A stretch of 64,000 bases of DNA from Oopsacas minuta. Lineage: Eukaryota > Animalia > Porifera. A program made the position numbers and the translations under genes. The notes under the pieces were generated by a model. That model was not told the origin of the DNA and did no database searches. It worked only from the letters and a program-made list of their open reading frames with translations. This document shows, in pieces, positions 59,364 to 64,000 of this stretch; positions within the stretch are counted from its first letter, which is position 1, and every line of letters begins with the position of its first letter. The stretch is taken from positions 5,725 to 69,724 of the forward strand of contig JAKMXF010000296.1 of assembly GCA_024704765.1 (NCBI GenBank), read 5' to 3'.

Positions 59364-61859
59364 GTGAGGAACTTTTGCTTGGGAAAACATCCCTACAAAT
59401 ATAGTCAATATGTATATCAAATGAAATTTGGTGCTGAGCACGAATATGACCATAAAGCAATCGAATATGCTTGCCAACATTTACAACAACGGTGGTTCCT
59501 ATGCTACAATATGATGTATGACCTGCAACAAATTCTTTTATTGCAGGTCAACATTATATTGACCGAACTAATAGGTTATAGAGGAAATTCAGAATCCACT
59601 CTTGCCAACCTCAGTGAAGGAAAAGGCGGGACGGAGGGCCTTAATTTAGCATGACATCGCATGGCAGCAGCATATATGCATTAGAATGTACTATAGTACA
59701 TCCTCGGTCATCCGAACAGCACAGTTCCAATTTCAAAATTATTCGTTCGGGTTAGCAAATGCAGAGAAACAATGAATCTGGGGGACATATTTATGTTGTA
59801 CAAACGGTGAAAGGGCTGACAACAGCTTAATATTGGAATATTTATTTGTCCACAGTTGAATTGGACACAATTATTTATTTGTTGAATATTTTAGAACATT
59901 TTCCCAAAGTTGTATACTCTTTAGGACCTGTTCTGATTAGCGAGGATTCGGATTAGCGAAGGTCTACTGTACAAAAAAATGGGATGATTAAGGTTTTTGG
60001 CAATTTTTGGTGGGACATTAGCTTCAACACAGGTCTGGAAAACGGGACAGTGGCAAGTATGAGAATCTTAGCTTAGGACAAATTCCGAGCTCTGAATTTC
60101 TTTAGGACAAATGTAGAATTCATTATGACAAAATTTAATTTAGTTTAGAGTAAATTCAAAAGTAGATATGACAATTTCCGATTTCCCTACAAGAACTTTT
60201 CTCCAAATACCTTTTTTATTCTTGTACTAAATGTATAGGATCAACTATTCGGATACTACGTACTTCTGTAAATACTTACTAATTTAACTTTTCCGAGGGC
60301 ATACGTCTTATTCTAGTTTTATCTTGGTTTGCTATAATAATTGAATTCTTAGATTAGTTACCAAAAATAATTTAACTTTTTTGCTACAATAATGGGACCT
60401 TCGCATTTCTTGTTTGTTATTAATCCAGGTTGCAACCGAATTGTTCAATATTCGGTTTAACCAAATAGTACGTATTTGCTTTCCTGTTGATAAGCAAAAC
60501 ATTTGATCAACAGAAAATTTGCTGCCAAGTCCCTGTACCAAATCCCTGTACATTTACGTAGGCTACGCGTAAATTCTAATGATATATACTCTGGGGTCCG
60601 AATATACGGTGGGGGTTGGGATCTGAAAAGTACAGGAATAATTAGAATACATTATCTAACTTCAGTGTAATCTCGTATAACGGCTATGGACTAATGGCCT
60701 CCTCGATTACTCAGCCACTTGTAAAAGTTCTGTTTCCTATAGACGTTTAATTATTATATTTCAAAATTACGGTCACCCCGCAATTCCTAATATCGGTAAT
60801 TGTTTAGTACGAAACTAAGATTATTAGCCACTTTTGTCGATCTCAAGGGTGACCGTAATTCCGAGGTTCCACTGCACTAACTACATATATAGCATTACCA
60901 AATTAGATGTACGTACGTATGTTCCCAGATAGTTCATGATCATATGCATTAAAAGATGTTGTTGATGATTAAACATGTTGAGTCAATATTTGAAATTGAA
61001 TAAACCTGATGATTGCAAAAAGCATGGGGTAGGGCTAAATCTAGAAGTTAATAACTTGGGCCCGTTTATTCGAACCCCTAAAGTACGGATCTACGTATGA
61101 AGTTCCGTTCTATGTATTTTTACGCTTAAATTCTTGGTTATTTTGTTAAGGAATAAACTAAATTATGCCACGTACAAAATTTACTCGTATTTCTCTACCT
61201 TTTCGAACTGCGGCACACTCATTACACTTAATATTTTCAATGCACAACTGTTAAGAGTGAATTCGACTTTAGTAAAACCATGGTGTCAAGATCTAATAGA
61301 TTTCCTAGTAATAATTTTACGATAATGGAATTTAAATATTGGTGTTAATTTATATGTTCAGTTCCTGAAAATGAAAACAAAATTATTGACCTTCTTTCCC
61401 TGGGCTGTAACGAAAATGATGGATCCCACCAGAGTTGGGACTCACAATTTTTGAGTACCTTATAATTGCGGCCTTGTGTTTGTAAAGTATGCATAGTGCA
61501 TTGTGATGTATTCAATCTATACTCTGGCCTCATTATAAGAATAATTAATAAAGGTCTGCTCACCTTATGATCATTTGTCCATTTCCTAGTGTCAATTTTT
61601 GACTGTTACCTATTTTTTCAAAATATATTTTACTCCTTACCTGGCCGTCCGGGCTATAGTAGTTGTCGCAAGCTCGGCTCATGACTAGGCCTGAGGCCCG
61701 TATGGGCTGGGGCCGCTAACCACGGTCCGTTGCGACTACTTGGCTACATGCACTCCCACGTACATAGTAAGACTGTCCGGATAAGTGAAGTTTTACATTA
61801 ATTATACTATTCAGTGTTCAATTCTTATAATTATTCATATTATAGGGATATCAAGTATA

Positions 61860-63186
61860 CCAAGTTGTCCAAAAAGTTCGCGGAATTGCAAATATATTTT
61901 ATTTATCAATGATCATACTCAACTAATTATTGTTCATAGTTTTCAATAAATTCACCCTTAACCTCGATACCTTTCTTCCATTTTGATGGGAGTTTATTTA
62001 TTCCTGTGGTGAAGAATTTTTCAGGGGTACCTTGAATCCATGAATTTACAGCGGACCTAAGGTGCTCAAAATCGCTGAAACGTTTACCTCTAAGTGGTCT
62101 TTTCATTTCTGAAAAAAGCCAGTAGTCGCTGGGCGCTAGATCTGGGCTGTATGGGGGATGTGGGAGTAATTCGAACCCTAAATGTTGAATTTCATCCAAA
62201 GTTCGCCTGCTGGTATGGGCTGGAGCATTATCATGCTGAAGCAAAACATGAGAACTCAACTTGCCACGCCTCTTAGACTTGATAGCTTCGCGCAATTTCT
62301 TCAGAACTTGAACATAGTATTCAGTATTTATTGTTACTTTGTTAGGTAACCAATCAATCATGATTATTCCCTTTGTGTCCCAAAAAACTGTTGCCATCCG
62401 TTTACCTGCTGATGCGACGGCTCTGGGTCTAATAGGAGTTGCTTCATGCCTACGCTTCCATTGACTCGTCTGTAAACTTGTCTTAGGCTAATAAAAATGT
62501 AACCAAGTCTCGTCCCCTGTGACTAAACGATCAAAGAACCTTGGCTCCTTCTTAGAAATCCGTAAGAGCTGGCGACAAACACGAACCCTTTCAATCCTTT
62601 GAGATTCAGATAACAATTTGGGAACCCAACGAGAAAGAACTCTCGACATTCCCAATTGTTCAGTTAGAATCTTATCAAGTATTGATTTTGACATCTCCAA
62701 TTCTTCCTCTAACTGCAGCAGAGTCACACGCCTATCTTTATCAAGAATGTTTGATATAATTTTGATATTTTCTTGGTTGGAACATGTTTTCGGAAGGCCA
62801 GGTCTTGGGTTATCATCAACAGTTGAATGCCCATCATTAAATCTGTCAATCCATTTGTAAACCATCGATTTACCAGGGCATTTACTACCATAAACCTTTT
62901 CCATCTCGTAGAGAATCTCGCTTCCACTTTTATTTTGTTTCCAGAGAAACCAAATGATATATCGTTTCCCATCTTCTGAGTTTTCCATTTTAGAAAAAAT
63001 ACGACAATCGTAATACGACAATCATGCTAAATGATGCTAAAAGAATACCTAAACCAAACTTTTTGATTACAAAAGTTAGGATAATTGAGATAAGGGATAT
63101 TAGAATTAATCGAAACAATAGGCTAATTGATAGTGTATATAACACAAACTAGGGATAAAATTCCGCGAACTTTTTGGACAACCTAG
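61860..63186 (-). mobile_element. mariner transposon, near intact
   Basis: TIRs C(C/T)A(A/G)GTTGTCCAAAAAGTTCGCGGAATT with TA flanks. Confidence 0.93.
61927..62988 (-). pseudogene. mariner DD34D transposase with a single in-frame TAG
   Basis: SRWVPKLL, VTGDETWLHFY*PK, HDNAPAH..HPPYSPDLAPSDYWLF. Both halves are in the same frame. Confidence 0.92.
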
Positions 63187-64000
63187 TACATATCAACAAT
63201 TTAATAATTCAAAATTACCCCTCCATATGCATGAAATATGTGTGATTTTATGACGTCAATAAGATGCATATATCTCATTTTGGTGCGGGAATTGGTTAAA
63301 AGTGAGAACTTTTTTGTGTTTCTTTTCTTTACGAACGTGACACCAGTGGTGTCCTGCTGTGGGAGCGCCGCTCCCATGCTTTTTTTAACAAATCAAATTG
63401 GCAAGTAACAACTTGTGTACCTGATATCTACAGTAGCATACAATCAATATTTGAAATTAATTGAAATTTGTTCCAAATATAATCAAGTCGAGTTGAGAGA
63501 GAGCGAATGTTTACTTTATAGCGCCGTGATTATATCGTAGAAGTTATTCCATGCAACTCATCTGAATGCGAAAGGGGTTCAGTTAAATGAATATCATATT
63601 GGATGAGAAACGAAACTGGCTTACAATTGAACACGTTTCTTCTTTGCTGTTTATCTAGCTTAATGGTCCACCACTGACTATTTGGAGACCATTGGAATAT
63701 TCTAAATCTTGGCTCTTGCACCATAATTCAGCAACAGATATCCATAGATTGAAGTCCCAAATTTCTGAGCCCCATAAACAAGAAGAAATTTGGCGGTATT
63801 ATTAGTTAAATAATTTTGGGTACTCAATCACTTGTTAGAACTCTATTTTCAGATTTACTACTAAACCTTTGATAATATTCATACTTATCTTATTAATTCA
63901 ATTACCAGTATATTGTTTGGATTTTGTATTAGAAATTAGGATATATTCAATTGAATTTGAAATTTGAAATACCGCTCCCATACTTATAATTAGAGCAGGA

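Noticed and set aside
59547-59654. Candidate next exon of the CM1 gene (good acceptor ttttattgcag)
   Set aside because: A phase-1 join hits TAG after about ten codons and shows no CM1-family similarity.
61636-61646. CTTACCTGG resembling the U1 snRNA 5' end
   Set aside because: Downstream sequence lacks the U1 stem-loops and Sm site as far as I can see.

Overview
AT-rich eukaryotic DNA, probably from an invertebrate animal (inferred from spliceosomal introns, a SOCS6/7-type gene and a centrosomin CM1 exon). It is dominated by decayed DNA transposons. Three host genes are partly visible on the + strand: a four-exon, phase-consistent gene with a TPR-like helix (16115-33114, first exon not found), a complete two-exon SOCS6/7-like gene (38738-45945), and the first exon of a CM1-domain gene (54328-54598). 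The transposons include a GDGDS-type DDE element (Pfam 'Mutator-like', possibly Kolobok-related), two Buster/Charlie hATs, three mariners, a DD37D maT, a DD37E Tc1-like element, a Ginger2-like integrase element, a FLYWCH-MULE, a Helitron helicase remnant, and many MITEs and Helitron-like non-autonomous repeats, often nested. The standout signal is a canonical type III hammerhead ribozyme (2676-2732). It is preceded by a run of hairpins and lies in the sense 3' UTR of the GDGDS-type DNA transposase, whereas genomic hammerheads are normally linked to retro-elements. All calls are by eye; nothing was searched or folded computationally.
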